The notes: generated from the letters alone by a model not told the origin. A DNA stretch of 64,000 nucleotides from an uncultured Clostridia bacterium (GCA_944348085.1 CALVMU010000001.1:1703-65702); one strand, 5' to 3'. Shown: positions 52,384 to 63,086, numbered from the stretch's first letter. A program made the numbers and translations.

Positions 52384-53390
52384 AATGACAAATCATCTCC
52401 TTTTAGCGCTTCAATTCCAATAGTCAAAATTTTGTTTTTTTCTTCCTCACCAAGCTCTGCCTCTTCAACCAACCTTATAAACTCCGCCTTAAAAGAAAGA
52501 GGCTCGTTTTTATATCTCTCAATGTCAATTTCAACCTTTGTTTTGTCAACAAATTCAACATAAAAAGCATTTGCTCCTCTGATGATAGAAGCAAAATCTG
52601 GCTTTTCGCCTTCGGCATAATAGCCTGTGAAAACAAGCCTTAGAAGATTGTTTTTGTTTTCTTCGATAACTTTTTTAAGCTCATTTGAAAGATTTTCCTG
52701 CCCTGGCGTTAAAGCAAATTCAACAATTTTAAATTGGCGCTGAGGCAGTGGCTTAAACTCCGCCTTAACCTCATCTTTCACATCAACCAGCACAAAACCT
52801 TTCTCACCACACTCATCAAAGCCGTTTGCAAAAAGAGCACCACTATAGCAAATCAGGCTTTTCTGAAAAGTGCCCTTCCAAAAACTATGCTCATGCCCAA
52901 GTGCAATATAGTCAAAAGGTTTGGTAACATATTTTTTTAAATCAACAAAGTCATAATCGCTTTTATTTGAAATTTCGCCGTGCAAAAGAAGAACATTTTT
53001 CTTGCTGTAATCAAAATTTTGATATTCTTCACAAGCAGACCAGAAGTCAACATTTTCAGTGCGAAAAACATTGTTTTTCTCGTCCAAAACTATAAAATTG
53101 CTTGGAGCAAATTCAAACTCCATTTTCTCGTCATGATTTCCATTGATATACAAAACTGGTCTGCCAAATTTTTCAACCTCTTTGAAAAATGCTTTTTTGA
53201 TTTTTTGCGTGACAAAATTTGTGTGAAAAAGGTCGCCACACACAAGCATAACATCAGAGTCTTCTTGAAAAAGCGTGGAAAGGCTGTCGATATGCTCTTG
53301 CAGAAGTTGTTTTTGTTTGATAAGAGGCAACTTGACATTTTTTGCGCCAAGATGCAAATCAGCAGTATGTAAAATTTTTTCAACTCTCAT
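52380..53390 (-). CDS. SbcD/Mre11-like (YhaO-type) metallophosphoesterase nuclease subunit
   Basis: HTADLHLG, VCGDLFH, INGNHD, LLLHGE and ALGHEH motifs. It overlaps the ATPase gene by 4 nt. Confidence 0.8.
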   Translation of the reverse strand: MRVEKILHTADLHLGAKNVKLPLIKQKQLLQEHIDSLSTLFQEDSDVMLVCGDLFHTNFVTQKIKKAFFKEVEKFGRPVLYINGNHDEKMEFEFAPSNFIVLDEKNNVFRTENVDFWSACEEYQNFDYSKKNVLLLHGEISNKSDYDFVDLKKYVTKPFDYIALGHEHSFWKGTFQKSLICYSGALFANGFDECGEKGFVLVDVKDEVKAEFKPLPQRQFKIVEFALTPGQENLSNELKKVIEENKNNLLRLVFTGYYAEGEKPDFASIIRGANAFYVEFVDKTKVEIDIERYKNEPLSFKAEFIRLVEEAELGEEEKNKILTIGIEALKGDDLSL

Positions 53391-53482
53391 AATTTAATTA
53401 TATCATAACAATTTTAAAAACCCAAAACTTTTAAGCAAATAAAAAGAGGCATCTTTTTGAAGCCTCAAAATTTATAATTAAA

Positions 53483-54886
53483 TTAGCTTGCAATTCTTAA
53501 ATTAATGTTGCCGTTGGTTGAGATCTTTGTTGTTGCGCCTCCACCATTGATATACATTGGATTTGAAATTGTGTCATACCCTTCAACTGAAACATTTTCT
53601 CTAGCCTCGCCATCAGCATTAAGGAAACTTACTGTAAAGCGAGAGGTTTGGTAATAATCAAAATTTACTGCACCGCTTATTGAGGTGACAGCCAAATTTG
53701 CATTCAAATTTTGGTTTCCTGTCACATTTATTGCTGCTGTTTCGCTGACAAGATAGATGTTTCCTTCTTGAGCAGTCAACGAAACATCTATTGAACCGCT
53801 TTCAGTTTCAATCCAGCTTGTGCTTCCAAGATTGCCAATGTTGATGTGAGCGTTGTTTGAATTGACAAAAATATCGCAATTTTCAGCATTTGAAATGGTG
53901 ATATTGCTGTTGTTTGCAAAAGGAAGACTGATTTCACCTTCTGCAGTTCCTATTGTAAGGTTCATGCCGTCTGTTTCATTGACAAGATTGTTTGATTCGA
54001 GATTTCCAGAATAAGTATCAATGTTGATAGTTGCGTTTATTGTTTTAAGAGCCATGTCAGCATCAACTTTTCCTGCACTCAAGTTTCCTCTTTCAATGTT
54101 GTTTTGAATAGAAAAACTGCTAGAGTCATTTGTTGGCACAATATCGCCAAATTCAAAGCTTCCATTGCCTGAAAGAGCAAGAACTCCACCATTAACAAAT
54201 TTCATTTCTTGTTGATAAGTATGGAAAGAGCCGTTTTCGTTGTTTATTGCAAGTGAAGTGTAAGTGGAATCAAAATTTACGCCAATTTGAATTGAACCTG
54301 TTGTGGTTGCAAGGCTTAAATTATCAATATCCATTGCAACACCTTCTTCGGTTGCATTTCCAAGATTAATGCTTCCAGCACCACAGGAAACATTTAAGGT
54401 GTTAAGAGGATTGAAAGTCGCACTTTCTGGCACAAGAATTCTTACATAGCAATGGCTGTTAAAATACAAGAAGCCTTCAGGATTTGTGATGTTAACCTCT
54501 ATCGTTGATAAATCTTCGTCGGCTGAAAGAGAATAATCATAAGTTGTGCTTTGGTCAGAAGTGGCAAAACCAGTCTGATAGTTTTCAATTTCAAAAGTCA
54601 CTTTCTCGACATTTTGGTCAACTTCAATGCCAAAATCAATGCGGTTTCCAGAAATGTAGATGTCAGTTCGGTTGCTTAAATCAAAATCATGACTTATTCC
54701 ACTTCCATCAACATAGCTGTCAATCCGTTGCGTCTGGACAGCTGAAAAATATTTTAAACCCAAAATGTTCATGCCAGGGTTAAATATCATAATCACAACC
54801 AAAATTAAAAAGATTGCAATGATAAAAAGCAGTAACATCATCACATAGAAGAAAAACCCTTTTCTTACTTTATCACCTTTTGGCAT
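53483..54886 (-). CDS. Membrane-anchored beta-helix protein (DUF4097 putative-adhesin-like)
   Basis: N-terminal TM segment (FFFYVMMLLLFIIAIFLILVVIMIF) followed by repetitive G.I.. beta-strand units. Confidence 0.5.
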   Translation of the reverse strand: MPKGDKVRKGFFFYVMMLLLFIIAIFLILVVIMIFNPGMNILGLKYFSAVQTQRIDSYVDGSGISHDFDLSNRTDIYISGNRIDFGIEVDQNVEKVTFEIENYQTGFATSDQSTTYDYSLSADEDLSTIEVNITNPEGFLYFNSHCYVRILVPESATFNPLNTLNVSCGAGSINLGNATEEGVAMDIDNLSLATTTGSIQIGVNFDSTYTSLAINNENGSFHTYQQEMKFVNGGVLALSGNGSFEFGDIVPTNDSSSFSIQNNIERGNLSAGKVDADMALKTINATINIDTYSGNLESNNLVNETDGMNLTIGTAEGEISLPFANNSNITISNAENCDIFVNSNNAHINIGNLGSTSWIETESGSIDVSLTAQEGNIYLVSETAAINVTGNQNLNANLAVTSISGAVNFDYYQTSRFTVSFLNADGEARENVSVEGYDTISNPMYINGGGATTKISTNGNINLRIAS

Positions 54887-54946
54887 ACGCCCTCCACTCT
54901 TTAATTATATCACAACTTTAAATTTAAATCAATAGCTAGAGCGCAT

Positions 54947-56761
54947 TTAGTCCAAAATCGCCTTAATTCTTCTTATACCGCTTGAAGAAGACTCTTCTTT
55001 GATAATCTTAAAATGGTGAAGTTGCTCGGTGTTTTCAGCATGTGGTCCACCACAAATTTCTTTGCTGACATCGCCAATTGAATAAACTTTGACCTCGTCA
55101 CCATATTTGTTTGTGAATGTGCCATGAGCTCCACTTTTCTTTGCCTCCTCAAGAGTCATAACCTCACACTTTACAGGAAGCTTGCGCGCAATTGCATTGT
55201 TGACAAAATCTTCAACCTCTTTAAGCTCTTCCGCCGTCATCTTGTGGTCAAGATTAAAGTCAAAACGAAGACGCTCTGGTGTTATGTTTGAACCCTTTTG
55301 CACAACGCCTTTGCCAAACATCTTTTGAAGACCAGCAAGCAAAAGGTGTGTTGCTGTGTGAAGATATGCTGATTGTTTTGAAGTGTCAGCAAGTCCGCCT
55401 TTAAACATTCCTGCTGTTGCCTGACGAGATTTTTCTTGATGAATTTTAAACATCTCTTCAAAGCCTGCCTTGTCAACTGAGTAGCCTCGTTCTTTTGCCA
55501 GCTCCTCGGTAAGTTCAAGTGGAAAACCAAAGGTGTCATAAAGTCTGAAAGCGCTTTTTCCGCTTATAATATTTTCAACCTTTTCACCTGTTTTTGATGC
55601 AAATTCTTTATGTCTTTCAATGCCTGCAATCACCTTGTTAAATTCGCGATGACCTTCTTCAAGCGCTTTTGAAAATTTCTCAACCTCTTTTAAAAGCTCA
55701 GTTTTAACAAAATCGCGGTTTTCTTTTATGTCTTGATAGTCTTGACCATATTCATTGACATAAATGTCAACAATGTCAGCAAAAAGACTGCTGTCAAAAC
55801 CAATGTTTCGACTGCAATTAACAGCCCTTCTGATAAATCTACGCAAAATATATCCTTGACCAACATTTGAAGGAACAACCCCTCTTGCGTCACCCAAAAT
55901 AAAGGTTGAAGAACGAAGGTGATCGGTTATAATTCGATAAGCCCTGGTTGCGATTTCACTTTCTTCATATTTAACTTTTGCATGCTCGCCAATAAAATCG
56001 ATAACTCTCTTCAAGCATCCACTGTCATAAACGCTTTTTGCTCCATTTAATGTTGCAACAGTTCGCTCAAGTCCCATTCCTGTGTCAATGTTTGGTCTTT
56101 CAAGCTTTTGAGCCTTTTCGCCTGAATTTTTTACAACATATTGCATGAAAACATCATTCCAAATTTCAAGATATTTTCCGCAGTCGCAAGATGGCGAGCA
56201 AGAATCTGAACATTTTGGCTTGCCTGTGTCATAAAACATTTCACTGTCTGGTCCGCAAGGTCCAACACCGCCACCAAGCGCCCACCAGTTATCTTCACTG
56301 GTGAAGAATATTTCTTTTATTCCGCATTCTTTCCAAGCCTGATAAGCCTCATCGTCACGAGGAGCAACATCATTGCCTGCAAAAACAGTCACTGCCAGTC
56401 TATCTTTGTCAAGTCCCAAATATTTTGGACTTGTCAAAAACTCAAAGCTAAGTTTTATCATTTCTTTTTTGTTGCATTGTCCAAGAGTCCAGTTGCCAAG
56501 CATTTCAAAAAAAGTAAGGTGGCTGTTGTCACCAACTGAATCAATGTCGCTGGTTCTTATGCATCTTTGAACATCATAAATTTTGTCACCTGCTGGATGT
56601 TTTTCGCCAAGCAGATATGGCACAAGCGGATGCATTCCTGCAGTGGTAAAAAGCACCGTTGGGTCATTTTCTGGGATGATTGAAAATCCTTCAATCTTTT
56701 TAAATCCATGTTCTTCAAAAAATTTAAACCATTTTTCTTTAAGTTGTCTGTCTGTAATCAT
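54947..56761 (-). CDS. alaS: Alanine--tRNA ligase, short form (catalytic, tRNA-recognition and editing domains; no C-terminal coiled coil or C-Ala domain)
   Basis: FTTAGMHPL, QRCIRTSDID and FFEMLGNW are class II motifs. The editing HxxxH motif is HTATHLL and CGGPH follows. The protein ends about 30 aa after the editing core, at 604 aa. Confidence 0.8.
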   Translation of the reverse strand: MITDRQLKEKWFKFFEEHGFKKIEGFSIIPENDPTVLFTTAGMHPLVPYLLGEKHPAGDKIYDVQRCIRTSDIDSVGDNSHLTFFEMLGNWTLGQCNKKEMIKLSFEFLTSPKYLGLDKDRLAVTVFAGNDVAPRDDEAYQAWKECGIKEIFFTSEDNWWALGGGVGPCGPDSEMFYDTGKPKCSDSCSPSCDCGKYLEIWNDVFMQYVVKNSGEKAQKLERPNIDTGMGLERTVATLNGAKSVYDSGCLKRVIDFIGEHAKVKYEESEIATRAYRIITDHLRSSTFILGDARGVVPSNVGQGYILRRFIRRAVNCSRNIGFDSSLFADIVDIYVNEYGQDYQDIKENRDFVKTELLKEVEKFSKALEEGHREFNKVIAGIERHKEFASKTGEKVENIISGKSAFRLYDTFGFPLELTEELAKERGYSVDKAGFEEMFKIHQEKSRQATAGMFKGGLADTSKQSAYLHTATHLLLAGLQKMFGKGVVQKGSNITPERLRFDFNLDHKMTAEELKEVEDFVNNAIARKLPVKCEVMTLEEAKKSGAHGTFTNKYGDEVKVYSIGDVSKEICGGPHAENTEQLHHFKIIKEESSSSGIRRIKAILD

Positions 56762-56823
56762 ATTTATTCCTTTTTTCAAGCAAGATTTTATCACAAATGC
56801 GCAGTTTTAGCAAGCAAAAAAGC

Positions 56824-57555
56824 TCAATAAAAAACTTTTTTAAGATAAAGTCCTTGAGGTGGCATTGTTCTGCCTGCACATGAGCGCTCGCCACTCTCAA
56901 GCGCTTTCAAAATGCGTTTCTTGTCAAGCTTGCCGAGCGAGTAGTCAACCATTGTTCCAACAAGAATTCGAACCATATTCATCAAAAAGCCGTTTCCAGT
57001 CACCTCAACCACAATGTTGTGACGCGATTTTTTGTAAAGCTTTATATCATAAACTGTTCGCACAAAGTCTTTTGCCGAAGTTTGTGACGAGCAAAAGGCT
57101 TTAAAGTCATGCTCGCCTGTCAGGAGCAATGCACACTCCTGCATTTTGCTTAGGTCAAGCTCTTCAGTGTATGCCTTTCTGTTTGCCTCAAACACATTTT
57201 TTTTGCCAGTGCATAACAGATACTGATAAGTTTTCTTTTTGGCGCTAAACCTTGCATGAAAGTTTTCAGAGACCTTTTTTGCCGACAAAATTTGAACATC
57301 TGGTGGCAAAATTCTGTTGAGCACAAGCTTTATTTTGTTTGTTGGAACGGCATCGTCGATGTCAAAATGTGCCATTTGAGCAAGAGCATGCACGCCAGCA
57401 TCTGTTCTTCCGCTTGCAAAAAGATTGCAAGAAAATTTGAACGCCCTTTCAATTGCCTGTTCAATTTCTCCTTGCACAGAACGCAGTCCTTCTTGCTTTT
57501 GCCAGCCATGAAAATTTGTGCCGTCGTATGCAATTTTAAGTAAAATTCTTTTCAT
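56824..57555 (-). CDS. truA: tRNA pseudouridine(38-40) synthase
   Basis: YDGTNFHGWQKQ and GRTDAGVHA catalytic Asp motif. Confidence 0.9.
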   Translation of the reverse strand: MKRILLKIAYDGTNFHGWQKQEGLRSVQGEIEQAIERAFKFSCNLFASGRTDAGVHALAQMAHFDIDDAVPTNKIKLVLNRILPPDVQILSAKKVSENFHARFSAKKKTYQYLLCTGKKNVFEANRKAYTEELDLSKMQECALLLTGEHDFKAFCSSQTSAKDFVRTVYDIKLYKKSRHNIVVEVTGNGFLMNMVRILVGTMVDYSLGKLDKKRILKALESGERSCAGRTMPPQGLYLKKVFY

Positions 57556-57750
57556 GGTTTTATTATATAAAATTTAAGAGTGAGAGGCAAACAAAAATGC
57601 TTTTTACTACAAAAAATCTTTATTTTTTAAGAAATTTTATCGATTTTTTATCAATTTTTCGCAAAAAAACAAAATCTTGGGTGTTTTATTTAACCTATAA
57701 ATTATTTGACTTTTATTCTAAAAAAATAATATACTAAAAACGAGGTAAAT

Positions 57751-60700
57751 ATGAAGAAAAAAATTTTAGACGGTGCTGAAAGCACTGCTCTCATCGCATA
57801 TAAACTTAGTCAAATCATTCCTATCTATCCAATCACTCCTTCAACTCCTATGGCTGAAAAAGCTTCCCTTTTAAATTCAAAAGGCGAAAAAAACATTTTT
57901 GGAGATGATGTCAAAGTGATTGAAATGCAGTCTGAAGGCGGTGTAAGCGGAACGCTTCATGGCGCGCTTTTGTCAAACGCACTTGGCTCAACCTTCACCT
58001 CTTCTCAAGGGCTTTTGTTGATGCTTCCAAACCTTTACAAACTGGCAGGCGAAAATTTGCCAGCTGTGATTCATGTAAGTGCAAGAGCCGTTGCCTCGCA
58101 CGCGCTGTCAATTTTTGGCGACCACAGCGATGTTATGGCAGTCAGGTCAAGTGGCGTGATTATTCTTGCAAGCGACTGTGTGCAGTCAAGTCACGATTTG
58201 GCTCTTGCCTCGCACATGCTTGCCCTTCGCTCAAGATTGCCTGTCCTTCATTTTATGGACGGTTTTCGCACTTCGCACGAGCTTCAAAAAATTGACATCT
58301 TTGAAGATGGTGAAATAAAAAAACTTGCTGAAAATGATGTAAAAAATTTTCAAAAACGCTCTTTAAACAAACAATTTGGCACAGCTCAAAATCCTGACAC
58401 TTTCTTCCAAAACAGAATGGCAAGAGAAAAGCTTTACCAAAATGTCGGCAAAAACTTGAAAGATATTTTCGGTGAAATTGAAATCATTTCTGGTCGCAAA
58501 TATAGTGCATTTGAATATTACGGACATCCTGAAGCTGAAAAAGTGGTTGTGGCAATGGGTTCGGCATGCCAAGCAATTGAAGAATATATTGACAATCACA
58601 GTCGGGAAAAAATTGGACTTGTCAAAGTGGTTTTGTATCGACCATTTTTGAATGATGAGTTTTTGTCCATTTTGCCAAAATCTGTGAGAAAGGTGACCGT
58701 GCTTGACAGAACAAAAGAAAGCGGATGCGCTCAGCCACTGGCGCTTGATGTTTCTGCCTGCCTGAATAGACAAAACATTGAAATCCTATCTGGCATTTAT
58801 GGGCTTGGCGGAAAAGAATTTTCGCCTGCTTGCGTCAAAGCGGTTTTCAAAAATATGGAACAAGAAAAGAAAAACAACTTTACTGTCGGCATTGAAGATG
58901 ATGTAAACTTCTCTTCACTGAAACTGAATAAAGATGAAAAAGCAGAAAACTCGTTCAACATAAAAGTTTTCGGGCTTGGCTCTGACGGCTCAGTTTCTGC
59001 CAGCAAGTCGATAATAAAAATTTTGGGCAACAACAGCCAAAATTTTGTGCAGGGATATTTTGAATATGACTCCAAAAAGTCAGGAAGCTTGACACAAAGC
59101 CATATCAGAATTTCTTCTTCACCAATCAAATCTGCCTATCTTCTCAAGCATGCCGATGTGATTGCAATCAACAACTTCTCTTTTGTCCATCGCTATGATT
59201 GCCTTAAAGGGCTTAAAAAAGGCGGAACAGTTCTCATTAACTCTATTTTTAGTGGCAAAGAACTTGATAAAGTTTTGCCTGAGGGTTATGTGCGCAAATT
59301 AAAAGAGAAAAAAGCAAAGCTTTTTGTGATAAACGCACAAAAAATTGCAAGCGAAAGCGGACTTGGCAACAAAATCAACATGATTATGGAAACTGCAATG
59401 TTTATCGCTTGTGCATTTCTCGACGAAAAGACCATTGTAAAAGAAATTGTAAAAGAAATTGAAACCACATTTTCTTCAAAAGGCAAAGCGGTTGTTGAAA
59501 AAAATATAAGCGCTATCAAAAAAGTTTTCGGTCAAATTGGAAATGTTGATTATTCATCTTTCACTGGAAAAAAGACGCTCTTCACCAAAAAAGGAAATGA
59601 TTTTTACAATCAAATCATGTCTAAAATCGAAAGGCTTGAAGGCGACAGCATTCCAGTCAGCGCTTTTAATAGTGACGGCTCTGCTCCGCTTGACACAAGC
59701 AAGTTTGAAAAGCGAGGCATTGCGCTCAACCTTCCAAAATATATCAAAGAAAACTGCATTCAATGCGGTCAATGCACTCTTGCCTGTCCTCACTCCGCAC
59801 TGAGCAGTTTGTTGATTGACGAAAAAAATGTAAGCGAAGAAGACCGAAAAGACTTTTCAAAGGCAATCGGCTTTGAAGACAAACTTTTCAGAATTTTGCT
59901 TTCGCCTGAAGACTGCACTGGTTGTGGAGTTTGCGCGCGAACCTGTCCTGCCCTCAAAAAAGCGCTTGAACTTGTTGGCGCTGAAAACTTGCTTGAGGAG
60001 TATAAAAGCAAATATGAAAAATATTCTGTTTTGCCACAAGAAAAACAAGCCAAGTTTTCAACTGACATGGCAAAAGGACTGCAGTTTTCACCTTCATACT
60101 TCAAATTTTCTGGTGCTTGCGCTGGGTGCGGACAAACTGCTTACATCAAAATTTTGACAATGATAAACGGCACAAACATGATGATTGCAAACGCAACAGG
60201 TTGCTCATCAATCTATGGCGGAACTTATGGCTCTTGTCCATACGGAGCAGATGAAAGTGGAAATGGCATAACCTGGGCAAACAGTCTGTTTGAAGACAAT
60301 GCCGAGTTTGGTCTTGGAATGAGCCTTGCTTTAAAATACAACAAACAAAACAAAAAAGTTTGGATAATTGGTGGCGATGGCTGGGCTTATGATATTGGCT
60401 ATGGCGGACTTGACCATGTTCTTGCAAGTGGTGAAGATGTCAACATTTTGGTGCTTGACAATCAATCTTATTCAAACACTGGCGGTCAAACAAGCAAAGC
60501 CACACCAACTGGCGCAAGCATCAAGTTCAGCGAAAATGGCAAAGCTTTGCGTAAGAAAAATTTGGGTCTTTTGGCGCTTAACTATAAAGATGTTTTTGTC
60601 GGACAAATCGCACTTGGAAAGGACATGACGCAAACAATAAAAACTTTGAAGGCTGCTCAAAACTATAAAGGCCCAAGCATTGTGTTTGCTTACTCCCCTT

Positions 60701-60975
60701 GCGTAAACCAAGGCTATGACCTTTCTCGCTCGCTTGAAGAAGAAAGGCAAGCTGTTGATTGTGGTTTTTGGCCGTTGTTCACTTATGACCCAGAAAAAAA
60801 CACCCTCACTCTTCAAAGCCAAATGGATGAAAATCTTTATAAACAATTTTTGCATAATGAAAGAAGGTTTACTCTTACCATTGATAACGGAAAAGAAGAA
60901 CTGCTTGTCAAACAGCAAGAGCAGGCAAAAGAAGAATTTGAAATTTTAAAACAAAAAGCAAAAAAGAATAAATGA
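57751..60975 (+). CDS. nifJ: Pyruvate:ferredoxin (flavodoxin) oxidoreductase
   Basis: DGAESTALIAY..IYPITPSTPM start, 2x[4Fe-4S] CIQCGQCTLACPH / CTGCGVCARTCP, and TPP motif GGDGWAYDIG. Confidence 0.9.
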   Translation: MKKKILDGAESTALIAYKLSQIIPIYPITPSTPMAEKASLLNSKGEKNIFGDDVKVIEMQSEGGVSGTLHGALLSNALGSTFTSSQGLLLMLPNLYKLAGENLPAVIHVSARAVASHALSIFGDHSDVMAVRSSGVIILASDCVQSSHDLALASHMLALRSRLPVLHFMDGFRTSHELQKIDIFEDGEIKKLAENDVKNFQKRSLNKQFGTAQNPDTFFQNRMAREKLYQNVGKNLKDIFGEIEIISGRKYSAFEYYGHPEAEKVVVAMGSACQAIEEYIDNHSREKIGLVKVVLYRPFLNDEFLSILPKSVRKVTVLDRTKESGCAQPLALDVSACLNRQNIEILSGIYGLGGKEFSPACVKAVFKNMEQEKKNNFTVGIEDDVNFSSLKLNKDEKAENSFNIKVFGLGSDGSVSASKSIIKILGNNSQNFVQGYFEYDSKKSGSLTQSHIRISSSPIKSAYLLKHADVIAINNFSFVHRYDCLKGLKKGGTVLINSIFSGKELDKVLPEGYVRKLKEKKAKLFVINAQKIASESGLGNKINMIMETAMFIACAFLDEKTIVKEIVKEIETTFSSKGKAVVEKNISAIKKVFGQIGNVDYSSFTGKKTLFTKKGNDFYNQIMSKIERLEGDSIPVSAFNSDGSAPLDTSKFEKRGIALNLPKYIKENCIQCGQCTLACPHSALSSLLIDEKNVSEEDRKDFSKAIGFEDKLFRILLSPEDCTGCGVCARTCPALKKALELVGAENLLEEYKSKYEKYSVLPQEKQAKFSTDMAKGLQFSPSYFKFSGACAGCGQTAYIKILTMINGTNMMIANATGCSSIYGGTYGSCPYGADESGNGITWANSLFEDNAEFGLGMSLALKYNKQNKKVWIIGGDGWAYDIGYGGLDHVLASGEDVNILVLDNQSYSNTGGQTSKATPTGASIKFSENGKALRKKNLGLLALNYKDVFVGQIALGKDMTQTIKTLKAAQNYKGPSIVFAYSPCVNQGYDLSRSLEEERQAVDCGFWPLFTYDPEKNTLTLQSQMDENLYKQFLHNERRFTLTIDNGKEELLVKQQEQAKEEFEILKQKAKKNK

Positions 60976-61073
60976 ATTTTTGAAATTGATTGTTGATTTT
61001 AAGTGCTAAAACACACTAAAATTATGCTTTTTGCTTGAAAAAACAAAAAAGTGCGCAATTTTTGCGCAATTTT

Positions 61074-61994
61074 TTAACAAATATGCTCTTTATCCAAAAA
61101 TTTGTTTATCACTTTGATGTATTTTTTTTTATCGACATCATAGCTTTCTGTGTGCTTGGCGCCACTTGCAATATAGAGGTTTCGCCTTCGCTCATCAAGG
61201 TTGTTATAAATGTTGTAAGCCATTTCTGTAGGCACAAAATCGTCGTCACTGCCATGAATGATAAGAATTGGCAGTGATGTTTTTTTGAGCTGTCTTATCG
61301 CATCCGCTTGCCTCATATCATAACCGTTTTTTCGATTGGCGTAAGATGTGAAAAGATTGAGAAAAAACTTGGTGTGAAGTTTGCCTTTTTGATAGATATA
61401 ACTCACCTCTTTGAAAGTGTTGTCAAATCCGCAGTCTTCAATTATGCCCACAACATGACAATCCAGTTTTTCGCAACTTGCCATGCAAACTGCGCTTGCA
61501 CCCATTGACTGACCAAACAAAAGCACTTTAGAGTATGGTTTTTCTTGTGCGAGAAATTCGCACCATTTGATAACATCAAGTCTGTCAATCCAGCCCATTC
61601 CCACATAGTCGCCTTCGCTTGTGCCATGTGCACGATTGTCAACAGCAAGCACATCAAGTCCGCGCTTCAAAAAAATGTCGGCATATTTTGCCATGTCAAC
61701 ATAATTTCCACCATAACCATGCACCAAAAAGACAACACATTGCGAGCCATTGTTTAAAAATTTGCCTCTAAGTTTCAGTCCATCAAAAGAGGTTATCATA
61801 ACATCTTTAAAATCGTGCTTAGACCAAAAATCAATCTCTTCTTGACTGTTTTTCTTTCTTTCAATCGCTCTTTTTATTTTCCCTTTTCGCGCAAAAATTG
61901 TATGATAAATGCAAGCTCCTATCACAACATAAAGTCCAAGCCCGACCAGCAGACCAATCATAAATGAAAGCAAAACCCACGCCAAAATCGTCAT
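61074..61994 (-). CDS. Membrane-anchored alpha/beta hydrolase
   Basis: N-terminal TM segment, HGYGG oxyanion region, GQSMGA nucleophile elbow, and a late GSDDDFV / H triad. Confidence 0.75.
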   Translation of the reverse strand: MTILAWVLLSFMIGLLVGLGLYVVIGACIYHTIFARKGKIKRAIERKKNSQEEIDFWSKHDFKDVMITSFDGLKLRGKFLNNGSQCVVFLVHGYGGNYVDMAKYADIFLKRGLDVLAVDNRAHGTSEGDYVGMGWIDRLDVIKWCEFLAQEKPYSKVLLFGQSMGASAVCMASCEKLDCHVVGIIEDCGFDNTFKEVSYIYQKGKLHTKFFLNLFTSYANRKNGYDMRQADAIRQLKKTSLPILIIHGSDDDFVPTEMAYNIYNNLDERRRNLYIASGAKHTESYDVDKKKYIKVINKFLDKEHIC

Positions 61995-62087
61995 CTCAAC
62001 CTCTTCTAAAATTTTAAAGCAAAGCTTTGTATATTTTTATGAGAGATAAGATAAAAATAAAACAAAAAATGGCTTAAACTTAAGCCA

Positions 62088-62993
62088 TTATTCAACAATC
62101 GCCTTGACGCTTTCGCCATTTTCTGCATCTTGATAAGTCAGCCAATAGCCAAAACCTTCTTCATTTCCCTCATCAAGTGCAAGCCAAGAGGGCTGACCTG
62201 AAAGCTGGCGAGGCGGATTTTTTTGATAGACGCCAGGCACGCCATAACAAATATATCTGACCTTGCCCTCTTCCATAAGCAAACCAAAAACATAATAGTC
62301 ATCGCCGTCAAGGCTGACCTTCACCCACTTGGAACCAGGAAAAATGCTCTCAAGATAGCCCTCTTCTTTGTTTTCTGCGAAAAGTTTGTCAATTTGCGGT
62401 TTAAGCTCTTCATAAAAGGTCTGTTCTTTCTTTTGTGGTGGTTCAATCGTTATCTCTTCATCAGAATTTGAAAGAGTGGAAGAGTAAAAATATTGCTTAT
62501 ATTTGCAGTTTTCACATTTCGAGCAAAATTCGTCATCAAGCGCTTTTTCAATCTCCGCCTTTTCTTCATCGTCATAGTCAAGTCCATATTCATCCAAAAT
62601 TTCTTCAACTTCTTTCACATTCTCAGCGCCTTTCACAGCCTTCACCACCGCGTCAAGCCCTTCACTTTTGCCTTCAGATGAGCCAAATAAAATTGGTTTT
62701 GCCTCGCCATTAAAAACATTGACAACAGCGCAAGAAAAATCACCGTCAAACGCTCGCTCTTCAGAAAGGAATGTGTAAAGCGCGCCTTCCTTATGTGTCA
62801 AGCCTGCTTTATAGACCTTGTCGTTTGAATAAATCCCAAGTGTCAAAATGCCCTTTGGTGGAGTTGAAAAATTGTAAAGTCTGACTCTTCCAAAAACATC
62901 ACCGCCTTTGCCTTCAATGGAAAGAACTGCCTTCTTGCTTGTTCTTTCAGGGTCAGAAAGCACCAAACTTTTTTTGATATTATTTGTTGACAT
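62088..62993 (-). CDS. Hypothetical protein
   Basis: 301-aa ORF. The start was moved to MSTNN (AGAGGTG SD). It has an acidic middle region with a CSKCENC motif. No family was recognised. Confidence 0.5.
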   Translation of the reverse strand: MSTNNIKKSLVLSDPERTSKKAVLSIEGKGGDVFGRVRLYNFSTPPKGILTLGIYSNDKVYKAGLTHKEGALYTFLSEERAFDGDFSCAVVNVFNGEAKPILFGSSEGKSEGLDAVVKAVKGAENVKEVEEILDEYGLDYDDEEKAEIEKALDDEFCSKCENCKYKQYFYSSTLSNSDEEITIEPPQKKEQTFYEELKPQIDKLFAENKEEGYLESIFPGSKWVKVSLDGDDYYVFGLLMEEGKVRYICYGVPGVYQKNPPRQLSGQPSWLALDEGNEEGFGYWLTYQDAENGESVKAIVE

Positions 62994-63086
62994 AAAAAAC
63001 ACCTCTATATATATTTTATTACATTACATATATGAGGTGATTTTATATTTTTGTTAATTTTTGTTTTTTAATGGCGAAAGTTGTCG

